Shown: positions 39,535 through 50,033, numbered from the stretch's first letter. The stretch is 64,000 nt of DNA from an uncultured bacterium (GCA_963991985.1 CAXDRX010000007.1:8475-72474), one strand, 5' to 3'. Numbers and translations: made by a program. Notes: a model not told the origin generated them from the sequence alone.

Positions 39535-42500
39535 ATGTTTAATAAATTCATATGCTCAACTCTTTTATTGCTTTCCGGTTGGAATGCTTTTGGCCAGTCA
39601 AACTTCGGTGAGATAAGAGGAAAAATTGTTGATGCCACCAACAAACAACCTTTGGATTATGCCGAATTAGTAGTGAAGAAAGATGGGATTACAAAAGGAG
39701 GCGCCATAAGTGATGAACAAGGAAATTATTACATCAAAGCCCTAGAACCAGGGGTTTATTCGGTGGAGGCTTTCTATCAGGGTTTCAACAATTATAAAGC
39801 AACAGGGATTGAGGTTAACTCCGATAGAATTTCATTTTGGAACATCCAAATGCCCAAATCTGAAACAGGACAGCAGCTAAAAACATTCATTGTAAAATCA
39901 GGAAAGCCATTGGTCAACAAAGACAAAAACCAAAAAACGCTCAATAGCAATGACATCAAAAAATTACCCGTTCGAGGAGCAGGAGGCATTGCACTTACGG
40001 CATCGGGTGTAAACAGAAGTGCTGGTGGAGGAATTTCTTTTTCAGGACAAAGAACAGACGGAACGGCGGTATTTATTGATGGTGTTCGGGTGATTGGCAC
40101 CTCGAGTGTTACCCAGGCATCACAGGGTCAAATTGACATCATCCAATCAGGTGTCCCCGCCCAATACGGAGACTTTACTGGGGGAGCCATTAGCATTACC
40201 ACTAAAGGGCCTACAAGAAGCTTCCAAAAAAGTTTAGAAGTCATTTCATCGAGCCCCTTTGATCCCTATCATTACAACCTCATAGAAGGTTCAATGAGTG
40301 GACCGTTGATCATCAAAAACAAAGGAGGAGGAAAAGATGAATTCGTGCGACTTGGATACAACTTGGCAGGACAATTGAACTATAGAAATGATCCTCGACC
40401 AGTTGTGGGCGGAGGTCTTTACGTGGTAAAAGACGACGTACTGAAAAATTTGGAAGACAATCCGCTTACCTTCAACCCCGTTGGTGGAGGTTTTATTGCT
40501 AGCTCCTCTTTCCTTTCGGCAAATGACCTAGAACAAAGAAGGGCGACCGAAAATAGAGATCAATTGACCGGCATAGCCCAAGCCAAATTAGAATATCAAC
40601 CCAATAAAAATACGACCATTTCTCTTTACGGCAGTTACAACCATTCAGATTTCTACAACTTCTCCAGAAGTCAATATTTGATGAACTATAACAATTTCTC
40701 AAAAGCCATCAATCAAACCTATCGAACCTATTTAAAGTTCACGCAAAGACTCAACAGCTCAAGCGATTATAAAGACAAAAAAGAAGAAAAGCCACTCATC
40801 ACCGACGCATTCTACACCATTCGCCTAGATTATCAACACCAACAAGAAAGAGATTTCAATGAGCGACATGGCGAAAACCTTTTTCAATATGGTCATGTCG
40901 GAAAATTTACAACCTATCGAAGACCGAGTTACAATTACGTGCGGGAAGCAACCAAGTTTATAGACCAAAATGGTGATACCGTTGTGAGACAAGGATTTTA
41001 CGAAAGACAAAGAGACGATGTAGATACACTTGTAACCTACTCAGCGAGTGATTACAACCCTTTGAGAGCCAATTACAACAAGTACCTTTTTGACAATGTT
41101 TCCTCCATTTTTAATGGTAGCTTTAGCAATATTATTCAGATTCAACAATTGCAAGGAATCCTCAATGGCAGAGATGTTCCCATTGCTTATTCTTTATGGC
41201 TAAATCCAGGCAACGGAAACAACAGCTATCAAAAAGCCAATTTTGAGAGAGTTTCAGCATACGCCATTGGAGAAGCTAGTTTAAATTTCAAAAATCGCCA
41301 CGACATTCAATTTGGATTGTATTATGAGCAAAGCTTTTCTAGCCGTTGGGCGGTAGGTGCATCAGGCCTTTGGGTCCTCATGGATCAATTGGCAAATTCC
41401 CATTTAGACAACCTAGAAAGAACCAAATCAAATGGTATAGTATATGGCGGAATACACCGCTACGACCAAAATGGAATGTTTATGGATACGGTTGATTATG
41501 CAAGACGAGTAGACAAAAGCAGGCAAAAAGTATTTGACCAAAGATTAAGAGACTTTTTGATCAGTAGCGGTGCAAAAGACATCTATGGACGTGACATAAC
41601 AGAAAGTAGCAACATCGACATAAATGCCCTGGACCCCTCAACATTCTCTATCGATATGTTTAGTGCGGATGATCTTTGGAATGAAGGTCAATCATACATT
41701 AGTTATTTTGGATATGACTACAAGGGAAACAAAACCTATAAAAGATTTAGCATAGAAGACTTTCTAAACGATTCTCTGATGAGACCTCAAGGAGCCTTTG
41801 CACCAATTTATTCGGCCGCATGGATTCAAGACAAATTTGCTTTTAAAGATCTCATATTGAGAGTTGGTGTTCGGGTCGAAAGGTTTGATGCAAACCAGCC
41901 CGTTTTAAAAGATGCCTATGGTCTATATCCTATGCAAACGGCATCTGAAATATCAAGTATCAAAGGTATACCCATTACCCACCCAGACAACATCGGAGAT
42001 GATTTTGTTGTCTATGGAGACAACACCAAAAATCAAACAAGAATTTTGGGTTATCGAAAAGACAATCAGTGGTTCGATGCCAATGGTTTGGAAATAGATA
42101 ATCCGGAACTCATTGCCAAGGAAACCGCAAGCGGACAAATCGAACCTTTTTTGGTTGACCCAGAAAATGATGATATCGTTCCGCAGTCTTTCAAAGATTA
42201 TGAACCAACCTTGAATGTATTGCCACGTATTTGGTTTTCGTTCCCAATCAACAAAGAAGCACAATTCTTTGCCAACTATGACGTATTGGCACAAAGACCC
42301 AACAACATTTTTGTTCCTACCTCCACCTTTTTCTTTTTGGAACAAACCCAAGGTGGCACCATCAACAATGCAGCTATTTTGCCAAGAATTAGAACAAACT
42401 TTGAATTGGGATTCAAACAACAACTTTCAGACAATTCCGCTTTAAGCCTTATTGCCGCCTATGCAGAAACCAAGAATGATTTCGGCCTCCTTAGATTGTA

Positions 42501-43302
42501 TGGCGCCTATCCCATCGCCTATAATCATACTGCAAACATTGATTTTTCTACCACCAAGCAATTTAAGGTGGAATATGAATTGAGGGCAGATGAAGATTCT
42601 AGAACTTCCATGCAGGCCAACTACACCCTCCTTTTTGCCGATGGTACTGGCTCCAACATCAATTCGCAAGCTGCATTGATTGCTGCCAACCAACCCAACC
42701 TGAGAAGTTTGTACCCCTTAGACGTTGATTACCGACACAACATTACTGCAACCATAGATTATCGTTTCAAAAATGGAAAATCTTACAAAGGTCCAGTGGT
42801 AGGAAAAAAAGGAACACCCATTTTAGAAAACTTTGGGGGCTCATTTATCGTAAGAGCAAGATCTGGTGGACCTTACACACGAAATGCCCAAGCAACAGGT
42901 GCAGCATTGGAAGGCGTTGCTCAAAGATCACAAATTTTAGGAAATCCCTTCGGATCAAGACTACCGTGGCAGTTTACTGCAGACATGAATCTGGCAAAAA
43001 CCTTTCGAGTGAAAAAAGGAAACACCAAAGATAAATTTCATAATCCTTATGTAAATGTGACCACTTATCTATGGGTTCAAAACTTATTCAACCAAAAGGT
43101 AATCAACAGTGTTTATAGATTTACAGGACTTCCTGAAGATGATGGATTTCTCAACTCAGAACAAGGACAACAATTTATTCAACAACAAATTGATCAAAGA
43201 CAACAAATTGCACTGGTGGATTTGTATAACGCCAAAGTTCAAAACCCATTCAACTACTTAACCCCTCGACAAATTAGATTAGGAATTAGATTAAACTTTT
43301 AA
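39535..43302 (+). CDS. Very large outer-membrane beta-barrel protein: N-terminal CarboxypepD_reg domain, TonB-receptor plug-like segment and an unusually long barrel (SusC/RagA-like, but with no SusD partner)
   Basis: Signal peptide; GEIRGKIVDATNKQPLDYAELVV...GNYYIKALEPGVYSVEA (carboxypeptidase regulatory-like); plug-like ...LPVRGAGG...SFSGQRTDGTAVFIDGVRV; 1255 aa; C-terminal aromatic residue (…RLNF). Confidence 0.6.
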   Translation: MFNKFICSTLLLLSGWNAFGQSNFGEIRGKIVDATNKQPLDYAELVVKKDGITKGGAISDEQGNYYIKALEPGVYSVEAFYQGFNNYKATGIEVNSDRISFWNIQMPKSETGQQLKTFIVKSGKPLVNKDKNQKTLNSNDIKKLPVRGAGGIALTASGVNRSAGGGISFSGQRTDGTAVFIDGVRVIGTSSVTQASQGQIDIIQSGVPAQYGDFTGGAISITTKGPTRSFQKSLEVISSSPFDPYHYNLIEGSMSGPLIIKNKGGGKDEFVRLGYNLAGQLNYRNDPRPVVGGGLYVVKDDVLKNLEDNPLTFNPVGGGFIASSSFLSANDLEQRRATENRDQLTGIAQAKLEYQPNKNTTISLYGSYNHSDFYNFSRSQYLMNYNNFSKAINQTYRTYLKFTQRLNSSSDYKDKKEEKPLITDAFYTIRLDYQHQQERDFNERHGENLFQYGHVGKFTTYRRPSYNYVREATKFIDQNGDTVVRQGFYERQRDDVDTLVTYSASDYNPLRANYNKYLFDNVSSIFNGSFSNIIQIQQLQGILNGRDVPIAYSLWLNPGNGNNSYQKANFERVSAYAIGEASLNFKNRHDIQFGLYYEQSFSSRWAVGASGLWVLMDQLANSHLDNLERTKSNGIVYGGIHRYDQNGMFMDTVDYARRVDKSRQKVFDQRLRDFLISSGAKDIYGRDITESSNIDINALDPSTFSIDMFSADDLWNEGQSYISYFGYDYKGNKTYKRFSIEDFLNDSLMRPQGAFAPIYSAAWIQDKFAFKDLILRVGVRVERFDANQPVLKDAYGLYPMQTASEISSIKGIPITHPDNIGDDFVVYGDNTKNQTRILGYRKDNQWFDANGLEIDNPELIAKETASGQIEPFLVDPENDDIVPQSFKDYEPTLNVLPRIWFSFPINKEAQFFANYDVLAQRPNNIFVPTSTFFFLEQTQGGTINNAAILPRIRTNFELGFKQQLSDNSALSLIAAYAETKNDFGLLRLYGAYPIAYNHTANIDFSTTKQFKVEYELRADEDSRTSMQANYTLLFADGTGSNINSQAALIAANQPNLRSLYPLDVDYRHNITATIDYRFKNGKSYKGPVVGKKGTPILENFGGSFIVRARSGGPYTRNAQATGAALEGVAQRSQILGNPFGSRLPWQFTADMNLAKTFRVKKGNTKDKFHNPYVNVTTYLWVQNLFNQKVINSVYRFTGLPEDDGFLNSEQGQQFIQQQIDQRQQIALVDLYNAKVQNPFNYLTPRQIRLGIRLNF

Positions 43303-43305
43303 GAC

Positions 43306-46300
43306 ATGAAATATACTTTTAGCCTCATTGCCTTACTGCTTACCGTAGCCTTATTTGGTAAAGAAAATATCTGGGACGGTCCCAAAGTAGTTAAACCAAA
43401 AATACAACAAAATCACCGTCTAATGAAGTTTGCCTTCGATTGTGAGCCAGCCTCCCAACAAGCAGATTTGGACATCAATAATGTACGTACACGAATTTTA
43501 AATGGAGGAGATATGTGGTGGGATTTGTCCAATGCTAGATACGAAATCCCTAAAGTTGAAGACCTCAACGACGTAAGAAAAAATTCGATGTTCGCAGGAG
43601 CCATTTGGGTAGGTGGACAGGATGCAGGCAACAACTTAAGATTGGCAGCAATGACCTATCGGCAGTCCGGTTCAGACTTTTGGCCCGGTCCATTGGATAC
43701 AGTCACTGCCAATACCGAAGCCAGCAGATGCGATGACTGGGACAATATCTACAAAGTAAATGGACAGGACATCATAGATCATTACGACGACTTCAAAGAG
43801 GGTGTTTTGGCTGCAGCAAAAAATTCAATCGCGGAATGGCCTGCCGAAGGTAAAAACATCAATGAGCCACAATACATTGCACCCTTTTTCGATTACGACA
43901 ATAATGGTTATTACGACCCCCTAGCAGGAGACTACCCGATTCTTCAGAATGAATGTAGAGGTTCAACCATAGACAATAGCAAAAATTTGCCGGAAGATCA
44001 GCCAGACCAAATGCTGTTTTTTGTTTACAACGACAAAGGAAACATTCACTCTGAAAGTCAAGCAGAACCCATAGGTTTGGAGTTGCAAACTACAGCATTT
44101 GCCTATCAAACAAATGATGAAATCAACAACATGACCTTCTATAAAACCCGGATCATCAATCGCGGTTTTTCAGAACTTTACAATACCTACTTTGGTCAAT
44201 GGGTAGATCCCGACCTTGGAAACTACAATGACGATTATGTGGGTTGCGATGTAGGATTAAGTTTGGGTATTTGCTACAATGGGGATGACAATGATGAAGG
44301 AATCCGTGGATATGGTCTTAACCCTCCTTCTGTAGGAGTAGACTTTTTTGAAGGTCCCAAAACAGACACCGTAATCAATGGCATACCCACCCAAATTGAA
44401 TTGGGAATGTCTTATTTCTGTTATTACAACAATGATTTCAATCCCGTCAATGGAAATCCACAATTGCCTATCCATTACTATTATTACCTGAGTGGAAGAT
44501 GGAAGAATGGAGATTTTTGGACGAGAGGAGGCAACGGCGTTGGTGGAACAGAAAGAACCAAGTACATGTTTCCTTTTGATACCGACCCAAACTTCAAAGA
44601 CAATTGGGACGAACGCCAAGCAGGTAACGCAGTAGGAGACCGTCGATTCCTCCAATCTTCCGGACCTTTCACCTTGAAGCCTGGAGCCGTAAACAATATT
44701 ACTGTTGGTGTTGTATGGGCAAGAGCGAGCACAGGCGGTGCCATTGGATCTCTTGGATTGTTGAGAGAATCTAGCCGAAAAGCACAAGTTTTATTCAACA
44801 ACTGCTTCGATATACTAAACGGGCCAGATGCGCCCAAAGTGGATCTGCAGGAACTGGACCAAACACTTGTATTTAATTTTTATGATTATGACAACGACCG
44901 GGTGGAAAAATACGAGGAAAAATTTGTTGATGATCAGAGCAATGAAAGAAAATACACCTTCCAAGGGTATCGAGTTTATCAGCTTGCGAGTGCTTCTGTG
45001 AGCAAAAGTGATCTCGATGATCCTTCAAAAGCCGTAGAAATAGCACAAGTAGATTTAGACGATAACATTATTCGTCTTGTCAATCAAAAATATGACGAAG
45101 ACCTCAGTCAAGACTTACCTGTATTAAAAATTGATGGCAAGGACAATGGACTCGAGCACAGTTTTATCATCACAGAAGATGCATTCGCTAAGGGCGCCAA
45201 CAAACGTCTGGTAAACAATAGAAAATATTATTATACAGTTGTTAGCTACGGAGCATTGCCAGGATACTATAAACAAGAATATATTCAAGGTAGAAAAAGT
45301 ACAGATGTGACTGCAATACCACACAAAACAGAATCGGAAAATTTTGGAACCAAAATAAACGGTCAATATGGATCTGGCCCAAGCATTACAAGAATTGATG
45401 GCCAAGGAAATGGAGGCAATAATTTGGAACTTTCACAAGAATCGGTAAATGCTATTCTGAATAGCACTGAAAATAAGGTAGACAATCCGACTTATCAAGC
45501 AGGTATGGGACCTGTAAACATTACCGTCATAGATCCCCTCAAAGTTCCCAAAGGAAATTTTGAAATCTCTTTGGTTGAAACCCCCATCAATGCCAATAAT
45601 TTTGTGAGAAATCGAGATGGAATAGTCGACTCCAATACGCGCTGGTTTCTGGTACGATTCAACGAAAATGGACTCAATGATACTGTTTTTTCCGACACCA
45701 GTATCAATTACCTTAACGATCAACTTATTTTGGCTTCCACTACAGAGAATACCGCTCTAGATTGGGGCTTAGCCGTTACCATAAGACAGGTAAGTGACCC
45801 TGGGGATGCGGAAGACCAAACCAATGGTTTCATAGACAACGAGGATTTGATCGTAGAATGGGAGGACGATTCCAAGCAATGGCTCACCGCTATCCAAGAC
45901 AACGACAACGGCGGATGGTACGACTGGATTCGATCAGGAACCAATGGCAAGAATGACGGGTTCAATGACATGTCCATCCATGACTACGGAATAGGTAACG
46001 TATCTTTCGATCAATTTCAGCGTTTTGAAAAAATCTGGCCCGGACAATTCGGTGGTGGACGGATAGCTCCATATGCCTTGGCCTCCCGAAATACGCGAAT
46101 GCAACAGCCCGAAAGCCCAAACAGCAGAATCCATGGAGTTGCTTACGAAGGACTTGCACCTGCAAGCCAGAACAACGGAACACAACTTGCCAACATAGCA
46201 AGTGTCGATTTGGTTATTACACCCGATAGAAATTTGTGGACCCGAGTCCCAGTAATCGAAATGGGCGAAGAAGCAAGTTTTAATGATGGTGGCAAACAAA

Positions 46301-47256
46301 AATTTGACTTGAGAGATCATGTGTCCATTGACCAATTTGGAAATGAAAATTCAGAAGATGGTATCGGACTATCTTGGTTCCCAGGGTATGCATTAAATGT
46401 GGAAACAGGAGAAAGATTGAACATAATTATATCGGAGGATTCTAGACAAAAGCAAAACAATGGCGATGACCTCAAATGGAACCCAACTTCGAGCGAAGAT
46501 CGAATGGGCAACAGTTACCCAACTTTTGGTGGAAGACACTATATTTATATCTTAGGAAGCTATGAAGGACTGCCCGCACAAGCCTATCCAAAGCAACCTA
46601 CATGTCAAGGACCCAACTGCTCCTCAAGTGCAAAAATTTTGCGAGATATTCTTTCCAATGCAGGCCAAGCAAGCTCCCCAAGCACAAGGGATATCGAATT
46701 TAGAAAAGTATTTTTCCAGTGTATGTGGGTAATCCCAAGTTTTTTAAGCTCCGGATACCAAATGGAAGGACCCTACGGAATGACACCTCCCAGTAAAATG
46801 AAACTTAGAATAAGAGCCAGCAAAAAATATAAATTTGATCCAAACGACGCAGACAGCGAAAATGATGACAACCCAAAATTCACATTCAATACAAACGACA
46901 TCTTTACGGACTTCTCCCCAAAAACAGGAGAAGCCTCAGTAGAGAAAATACAAATTGTACCCAACCCCTATTACGCTCAATCAGGCATATACGAAAGCAG
47001 CCCAGTATCCAATAAGGTAAAGTTCACCAACTTACCTCCCAAATGCACCATTTCTATTTACACCCTAGATGGCGCTTTGGTCAATAGGTTCAAAAAAGAA
47101 GACGAAGGAACAATACTGGAATGGAATTTAAAAAATAGCGCACGCGTCCCCATTTCAAGCGGTCTATACATCATTCACGTAGATGCAGGAGATTTGGGTG
47201 AAAAAGTGCTTAAATGGATGGGAATCATGAGACAATTAGACCTAGATTCATTTTAA
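43306..47256 (+). CDS. Large secreted protein with a T9SS-type C-terminal beta-sandwich domain; PorU-like by size and by position immediately upstream of a PorV/PorQ-family gene
   Basis: Signal peptide MKYTFSLIALLLTVALFG; 1316 aa; C-terminal ...QIVPNPYYAQ...VKFTNLPPKCTISIYTLDGALV...GLYIIHVDAG..GEKVLKWMGI resembles a T9SS CTD. Starts 3 nt after the upstream OMP and ends 14 nt before the PorV-like gene. I could not identify a peptidase C25 catalytic dyad by eye. Confidence 0.4.
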   Translation: MKYTFSLIALLLTVALFGKENIWDGPKVVKPKIQQNHRLMKFAFDCEPASQQADLDINNVRTRILNGGDMWWDLSNARYEIPKVEDLNDVRKNSMFAGAIWVGGQDAGNNLRLAAMTYRQSGSDFWPGPLDTVTANTEASRCDDWDNIYKVNGQDIIDHYDDFKEGVLAAAKNSIAEWPAEGKNINEPQYIAPFFDYDNNGYYDPLAGDYPILQNECRGSTIDNSKNLPEDQPDQMLFFVYNDKGNIHSESQAEPIGLELQTTAFAYQTNDEINNMTFYKTRIINRGFSELYNTYFGQWVDPDLGNYNDDYVGCDVGLSLGICYNGDDNDEGIRGYGLNPPSVGVDFFEGPKTDTVINGIPTQIELGMSYFCYYNNDFNPVNGNPQLPIHYYYYLSGRWKNGDFWTRGGNGVGGTERTKYMFPFDTDPNFKDNWDERQAGNAVGDRRFLQSSGPFTLKPGAVNNITVGVVWARASTGGAIGSLGLLRESSRKAQVLFNNCFDILNGPDAPKVDLQELDQTLVFNFYDYDNDRVEKYEEKFVDDQSNERKYTFQGYRVYQLASASVSKSDLDDPSKAVEIAQVDLDDNIIRLVNQKYDEDLSQDLPVLKIDGKDNGLEHSFIITEDAFAKGANKRLVNNRKYYYTVVSYGALPGYYKQEYIQGRKSTDVTAIPHKTESENFGTKINGQYGSGPSITRIDGQGNGGNNLELSQESVNAILNSTENKVDNPTYQAGMGPVNITVIDPLKVPKGNFEISLVETPINANNFVRNRDGIVDSNTRWFLVRFNENGLNDTVFSDTSINYLNDQLILASTTENTALDWGLAVTIRQVSDPGDAEDQTNGFIDNEDLIVEWEDDSKQWLTAIQDNDNGGWYDWIRSGTNGKNDGFNDMSIHDYGIGNVSFDQFQRFEKIWPGQFGGGRIAPYALASRNTRMQQPESPNSRIHGVAYEGLAPASQNNGTQLANIASVDLVITPDRNLWTRVPVIEMGEEASFNDGGKQKFDLRDHVSIDQFGNENSEDGIGLSWFPGYALNVETGERLNIIISEDSRQKQNNGDDLKWNPTSSEDRMGNSYPTFGGRHYIYILGSYEGLPAQAYPKQPTCQGPNCSSSAKILRDILSNAGQASSPSTRDIEFRKVFFQCMWVIPSFLSSGYQMEGPYGMTPPSKMKLRIRASKKYKFDPNDADSENDDNPKFTFNTNDIFTDFSPKTGEASVEKIQIVPNPYYAQSGIYESSPVSNKVKFTNLPPKCTISIYTLDGALVNRFKKEDEGTILEWNLKNSARVPISSGLYIIHVDAGDLGEKVLKWMGIMRQLDLDSF

Positions 47257-47270
47257 TTTTAAATACAATA

Positions 47271-48359
47271 ATGAAGAAAATATACATACTTTTCATTGCA
47301 GTTTTTTGGATGCACTCGTTTAGCCGCGCTGGCAACGAAGACCGAATTGGACAGGCAGGTGCCACGCAACTTAGCATCAATTCATGGGCCCAATCTGCGG
47401 GTTTGGGATATGGATATATACCTATGGTTAGGGGTCTTGAATCTATGTTCCTCAATGTGGGTGGTTTGGCATTTACAGAACAAACAGAAATCGGCTTTTC
47501 GAGAAGCAATTGGCTGAGAGGCACAGACATAAATATCAATACATTCGGTATTGCACAGAGAATTGGTGCCGAAGGTGTTTTAGGAATCTCCGTAATGTCT
47601 ATGGACATTGCAGACATTGAAATTACAACTGTTTCAAGCCCAGATGGAGGAATTGGAACTTACAAGCCAAGTTTTAACAATTTGGCCCTAGCCTATTCCC
47701 AACGATTTACTTCATCTATCTCAGGAGGTGTATTGCTGAGGGGATTTTCCGAAGGATTGCCCAATGCCAAAGCACAGGGTTTGGCGATAGATGCAGGCAT
47801 AAGTTATGTTACAAGTGCCAACAAAGATGACAAACTAAAAAGAGATGATATTAAATTTGGCATTAGTTTAAAAAACGTCGGTCCAGACTCGAGGTACACT
47901 GGCGATGCATTCGCAGTAAGAACAACAAATGATGAAGTAACAACAGAAGAAAAGTTTACCTATGCCATAAGAACTGCTCTTTTTAACCTACCCACTATTT
48001 TCAATGTAGGTTTTGCTTATGATCTTAAATTAGACAAAACAGAAGAAACCTATTTTCATCGATTGACCCCTACCCTAAATTTTACTTACCATGCCTTCAA
48101 AAACAATCAACTAACCGGGGGGCTGGAATATGGATATAAAAATTTATTAATGCTTCGAGCAGGGTTTGCGCATGAAAAAGGTATTTATGACTATGAGTCA
48201 AGAAGAAATGTCTACACAGGTATTATGGGTGGTATAACCATCTTGGCACCTGTTTCAAAAGGAAGTCATTCCAAATTTGCTCTGGACTATTCTTATCGAC
48301 ATACCAACCCATTCTCGGGAACCCATAATTTGGGTATTCGTCTGATTGTTGGTGAATAA
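47271..48359 (+). CDS. PorV/PorQ-family T9SS outer-membrane beta-barrel protein (FadL-like)
   Basis: Signal peptide MKKIYILFIAVFWMHSFSRA; N-terminal ...GQAGATQLSINSWAQSAGLG... resembles the PorV/PorQ hallmark (G.AGA.FL.I...AR..G.G); about 362 aa mature. The ORF track starts at 47214, overlapping the upstream gene; the internal Met is preferred. Confidence 0.5.
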   Translation: MKKIYILFIAVFWMHSFSRAGNEDRIGQAGATQLSINSWAQSAGLGYGYIPMVRGLESMFLNVGGLAFTEQTEIGFSRSNWLRGTDININTFGIAQRIGAEGVLGISVMSMDIADIEITTVSSPDGGIGTYKPSFNNLALAYSQRFTSSISGGVLLRGFSEGLPNAKAQGLAIDAGISYVTSANKDDKLKRDDIKFGISLKNVGPDSRYTGDAFAVRTTNDEVTTEEKFTYAIRTALFNLPTIFNVGFAYDLKLDKTEETYFHRLTPTLNFTYHAFKNNQLTGGLEYGYKNLLMLRAGFAHEKGIYDYESRRNVYTGIMGGITILAPVSKGSHSKFALDYSYRHTNPFSGTHNLGIRLIVGE

Positions 48360-48384
48360 ATGCATTTCATTATTTTTGAATTTA

Positions 48385-48413
48385 GTTGTCTTGCAAGGGA
48401 CAACTTTTTTTTT
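48385..48413 (+). terminator. Rho-independent terminator after the PorV-like gene
   Basis: GTTGTC-ttgcaag-GGACAAC hairpin followed by T9 (tttttttttc), 25 nt after the stop codon. Confidence 0.6.
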
Positions 48414-48430
48414 CTACATTATCAGACATC

Positions 48431-48904
48431 ATGGCCAAGATAAATTATATGACAAAGGACGGTTTTGAAGACCTTAAAAAAGAAATCGAATACTTGAGGA
48501 CGAAAGAAAGGCCAAGTATTTCAAGACAGATAGCAGAAGCGAGAGACAAAGGAGATCTTTCCGAAAATGCAGAATATGATGCGGCTAAGGAAGCTCAAGG
48601 TCTTCTAGAAGCAAAAATTGCAAAGCTGGAGACAATTTTGGCTAGTTCGAGAATTATGGACACCAGTAAGGTAGATTCAAGTAAAGTGAATATACTCAGC
48701 ACGGTTAAATGTAAAAATTTAAAAATCAATAAAGAGGTACAATTTACCATCGTTTCGGAAAAGGAGGCCAACCTAAAACAGAACAAAATATCGTCAAGCT
48801 CGCCCATAGGAAAAGCTTTACTGGGCAAAAAGGTCGGTGACTCTATTGAAGTAAAGGTTCCAGCGGGGCTCGTAGGATTCGAAATTCTAGAAATAACATT
48901 GTAG
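48431..48904 (+). CDS. greA: Transcription elongation factor GreA
   Basis: MAKINYMTKDGFEDLKKEIEYL...DLSENAEYDAAKEAQ coiled-coil finger with the acidic tip, then an FKBP-like C-terminal domain; 157 aa from the internal Met. The ORF track start at 48386 lies inside the upstream terminator. Confidence 0.9.
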   Translation: MAKINYMTKDGFEDLKKEIEYLRTKERPSISRQIAEARDKGDLSENAEYDAAKEAQGLLEAKIAKLETILASSRIMDTSKVDSSKVNILSTVKCKNLKINKEVQFTIVSEKEANLKQNKISSSSPIGKALLGKKVGDSIEVKVPAGLVGFEILEITL

Positions 48905-49296
48905 TGGCCTCAATTTTTAGCAAAATTATTTCAGACGAACTACCCGCTTACAAAATTACTGAAAACCAATACTGCTTGGCTTTTTTAGATATTTTTCCAA
49001 TCAAGAAAGGCCATACATTGGTTGTACCAAAAAAGGAAATAGATAAGTTTACCAATCTAGACGAAATTTATTACCAAGAGTTAATGAAGCTCTCAAAAAA
49101 AATTGCCATTGCACTGGAAAAAACAATACCCTGTCTAAGAGTAGGAATGGCAATCGTTGGCTTGGAAATACCTCATGCCCACATTCATCTCGTTCCTTTG
49201 GATCACCCAAATGACATAGACTTTACCAAAGAAAAACTAAAATTTACTGAATTGGAATTTTCAAAAATAGCATCAGACATCCGAAAGAATCTCTAA
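48904..49296 (+). CDS. HIT-family (histidine triad) nucleotide hydrolase
   Basis: HIT motif PHAHIHLVPL; FPIKKGHTLVVPK nucleotide-binding region. A GTG start overlaps the greA TAG stop (TAGTG). Confidence 0.85.
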   Translation: MASIFSKIISDELPAYKITENQYCLAFLDIFPIKKGHTLVVPKKEIDKFTNLDEIYYQELMKLSKKIAIALEKTIPCLRVGMAIVGLEIPHAHIHLVPLDHPNDIDFTKEKLKFTELEFSKIASDIRKNL

Positions 49297-49994
49297 AAAC
49301 TATTTACGGTCTCAAATTTCCAGATTTCTTGAATTTCCTTCAAGTGCAAACGATAAGGCTTGTAAATGGGATTGGATGAAACCAATAGCAAACTTGCTTC
49401 CTCTTCTATCTTTTTGTATATCATTTTAAAAACAATTCCATCATTTTTACTAACCAAAATGTACCGCTGGCCATCTACTATTTCTTCCCAATTCTGTAGA
49501 TAACTTGCCGTTACCCATGAACCATCTTCTATCGGAAGCATGCTATCCCCTGCTAGCTGAAAGCAACGATAAGACTTATTCTGAGCTAGAAATGGTAGAT
49601 AAAACTTTGGTAAGGTTGATATAAAATCTGGATCTTCAAAACCATTGGTGTAGCCAGCATGGGCTTTTTGAGACACCATTTCAATATTTTCATTCCCACT
49701 TTGATCACTCGTAAGCATAAGCATTCTCAATTTTTTCCCAGTAATATCAAAATCAAGTCCTTTGAACATCTGGCTTAATTGAAAATCACCCATAGAAGAC
49801 AGATCATAACGCAACAAAGCATCAACGGAAACATTAAAATGATCGGCCATTTTGATCAACAATTCCATGTTGGGTTGAGTATTTCTCTCATAACTATTCA
49901 AAGCAGGACGACCTATCCCTAGAATATCCGCTAATCTTTGTTGAGAAAAGCCCTTCTTTCTTCTCAAAAACTTGAGGTTGTCATGAAAATGCAT
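49293..49994 (-). CDS. XRE-family HTH transcriptional regulator fused to a LexA/CI-like S24 autopeptidase domain
   Basis: N-terminal Cro/C1 HTH (LKFLRRKKGFSQQRLADILGIGRPALNSYERN); C-terminal S24 with Ser nucleophile in LAGDSMLP and Lys in FKMIYKK; 233 aa. Confidence 0.8.
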   Translation of the reverse strand: MHFHDNLKFLRRKKGFSQQRLADILGIGRPALNSYERNTQPNMELLIKMADHFNVSVDALLRYDLSSMGDFQLSQMFKGLDFDITGKKLRMLMLTSDQSGNENIEMVSQKAHAGYTNGFEDPDFISTLPKFYLPFLAQNKSYRCFQLAGDSMLPIEDGSWVTASYLQNWEEIVDGQRYILVSKNDGIVFKMIYKKIEEEASLLLVSSNPIYKPYRLHLKEIQEIWKFETVNSF

Positions 49995-50033
49995 CGTTCC
50001 AAAGATACAATTAAAATCAAATTTTAGATACTT

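Noticed and set aside
39535-43302. Calling the 1255-aa OMP a SusC of a polysaccharide utilisation locus
   Set aside because: No SusD-like gene follows; the next gene is 1316 aa with a CTD-like end. No glycoside hydrolases or regulators are nearby, so a PUL call is unsupported.
43306-47256. Assigning the 1316-aa protein firmly as PorU (C25 sortase)
   Set aside because: I could not find a convincing His-Gly/Cys catalytic dyad by eye. I therefore keep it as 'PorU-like by context' rather than a firm call, and report it as a finding to verify.
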